From assembly GCA_009602725.1 (NCBI GenBank), contig WELB01000003.1, positions 1,206,796-1,240,849 of the forward strand: a DNA stretch of 34,054 bases, given 5' to 3'. Position numbers and translations under genes: made by a program. This document shows, piece after piece, positions 32,316-34,054 of the stretch. Position 1 is the stretch's first letter; the number at the start of each line of letters is the position of its first letter. Origin of the DNA: Spirogloea muscicola (taxonomy: Eukaryota). A model generated the notes under the pieces. It was not told the origin of the DNA and did no database searches. It worked only from the letters and a program-made list of their open reading frames with translations.

Positions 32316-33287
32316 TTAGCCTGGCTTTGATGTATCGAGCTTCAGCTTCCTCTCTTGAGGGAACCTCTCCGGCAAAGCTATCCTTTCACACACAGTGGCT
32401 TCCAAGTTTTCCAAATTAAATGTACTTTCAACTACATGCTGGATCTGGCTTTCCGCCGGTGTTGAGCCTACAAGCTCCGGCTGACAGTCAGTCTCGACGC
32501 GGGCTGTGTCCTGCATGTATCTTCCAAGTTCCTCATCTGCCTGGGCAGCAAAGCCAGACTTCAACTCCTGCTCCGCCTGCTCGCCCAACCTGTCCACCAA
32601 CTTCACCACTGCAACTTCCTGGTGTGGTCATAGAAACAGTCACGGTTGAGTAAGCCGTCCAGCACATGGTTTTCCAATATGATCAGAGTGTTGCAGTTAC
32701 AAATAACCAACCAACAGGCCAGCCTTGGCTGCCAACAAGGGAATCATGGCAGGACTCCTCATGTTGGTTGCAAGCAGAGGCAGGCCAGCTAGCTAGTGTT
32801 GACAACGTCAGGCTGGCGAAAGCCAGTCTACAAGTTGCGGTCCTGGCAAGCAAAACGGGAGGAGACGTTTTCGGCTCACCGCGCGCTCAAGGCTGGCGAA
32901 GATTTCGTGGACCTCGGCGAGCGCCTGACGGACGTGCTGGAGCGCCGCCTCCTCCAGCTGACGCTCCTTCGCCAGCCGCTCCTCCCGCAGCTGCACACAT
33001 TTAGGGCCCCGCCGCTCATGTCAGTGCCGGTTCGCAGCCGCCGTGCACGGAACTCGTACCAGCGGAGCGGCCAGTGGTGCTCCAGTGGCTTCTGGAGGTC
33101 TGCCTAACGCGTCGTGGTGTCGCAGGCCAGGCGGCGTGACGAGCCGCGCAGCGCAGCGACGGAGTGTGGCGGCGGGGGGGACCTTGGCGGTGAGGGCCTG
33201 GATCTCGGCCGTGCGCCGGCGCAGCGTGTCGTCGCGGCCCAGCAGGACGCGCACGGCGTCGCGCATCAGCGCGGCGTACCGCAGCAT
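32316..33287 (-). CDS. Putative coiled-coil protein of unknown function
   Basis: ATG after a (GGC)n leader. Candidate exons 33287-33183 (MLRYAALMRDAVRVLLGRDDTLRRRTAEIQALTAK), ~32990-32880 (LREERLAKERQLEEAALQHVRQALAEVHEIFASLERA) and 32618-32316 (EVAVVKLVDRLGEQAEQEL...), with plausible splice sites; the middle structure is uncertain. Confidence 0.55.
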
Positions 33288-33679
33288 CCCGCGCGCAGCC
33301 CCGCCGCCGCCGCCGCCGCCGCCGCCGTGGAGTGTGCGGAGTGGCGAGGGAACGAGCTCCTGCGGAGACGGGAGGTGAGCCAGGAGTGCCAATGGGCGGG
33401 GCGTCACTGGGGGCTGGAGGCCCCAGTCGCTCGTTAGGAAGGCGTAGTGGGGCGCGAGACGGCAGGTCGAGTCGTTGAAGTAGCTTAGGCCATTCTAGCG
33501 TCCCGCAAGCCATAGTTGCATGCTTCAGAATGCGGTTATCGTTGAGTCTGCAGCGCTCTCAGGCACTCGCGATCCACCAGCGTGCTGGTCGTGCATTAGC
33601 CCAGGCTGGTGGCTCCCGTGGTGGTGGTTTGGCTCCTCAGTATAGCTTGTCAGATATGCATGTGCTCACTCGGGGACAT

Positions 33680-33865
33680 TAGAAAGAAGTGGCACTCCCA
33701 ATGGGGGCAAGGGCAGCGAAAAGCCAGCCCCCTTGGTGTCCCCCTTAGCACCGTCGTATGAGCACGAAGCCGCCCCTCATCTTCCCGCGGGTGTTGTGCC
33801 TCTCGTAGAAAAAAAAAAAGAAAAGCGGCTGCTGATATGAAAGAATCGGCTGTGAAATGCCAGCC
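33680..33865. repeat. Family A remnants
   Basis: agaagtggcactcccaatgggggcaagggcagcgaaaagccagccc matches 26610-26655; ggctgtgaaatgccagcc. Confidence 0.7.
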
Positions 33866-34054
33866 AGATGCATACAGGTGTTCATGACGGAGCCAAAGGC
33901 TAGGCAGACAGGGCGCCCTCAATACCCCCGTGTCAGCAGTAAGAAGTCAGATGAGCTGAGGGGAGGAAGAGCAACCCCGCTGCGCAAGCCAGAGGCTGCT
34001 GCAAGGGCGCGACCAGCGCGGCGGTGCAAAGCAAGCGCTTGGGAGCGCTGCAGG

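Overview
Eukaryotic, GC-rich, intron-containing nuclear DNA, most likely from a streptophyte green alga (inferred from plant-type genes and (GCC)n-rich 5' ends), with three assembly gaps. Splicing by eye supports nine protein-coding genes: a USP-domain RLCK-VI-like receptor-like cytoplasmic kinase, a small single-TM protein, a PAK1IP1/Mak11-like WD40 protein, a voltage-gated proton channel (Hv1), a class I PLP aminotransferase, a small At1g67785/SGDH-like complex I subunit, chloroplast TOC34, a kinase-less paralogue of the USP kinase, and a weakly supported coiled-coil protein. Intergenic DNA carries two related decayed 3' ends of a CRE-type (RLE) non-LTR retrotransposon, a 110-bp pogo/Emigrant-like MITE, a modular palindromic repeat family, a second ~170-bp dispersed repeat and a ~380-bp (CT)n tract. 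The most notable items are the USP-kinase/kinase-less USP pair and the Hv channel with a His/Cys-rich outer loop. All family assignments are from motif recognition; no database search was run.
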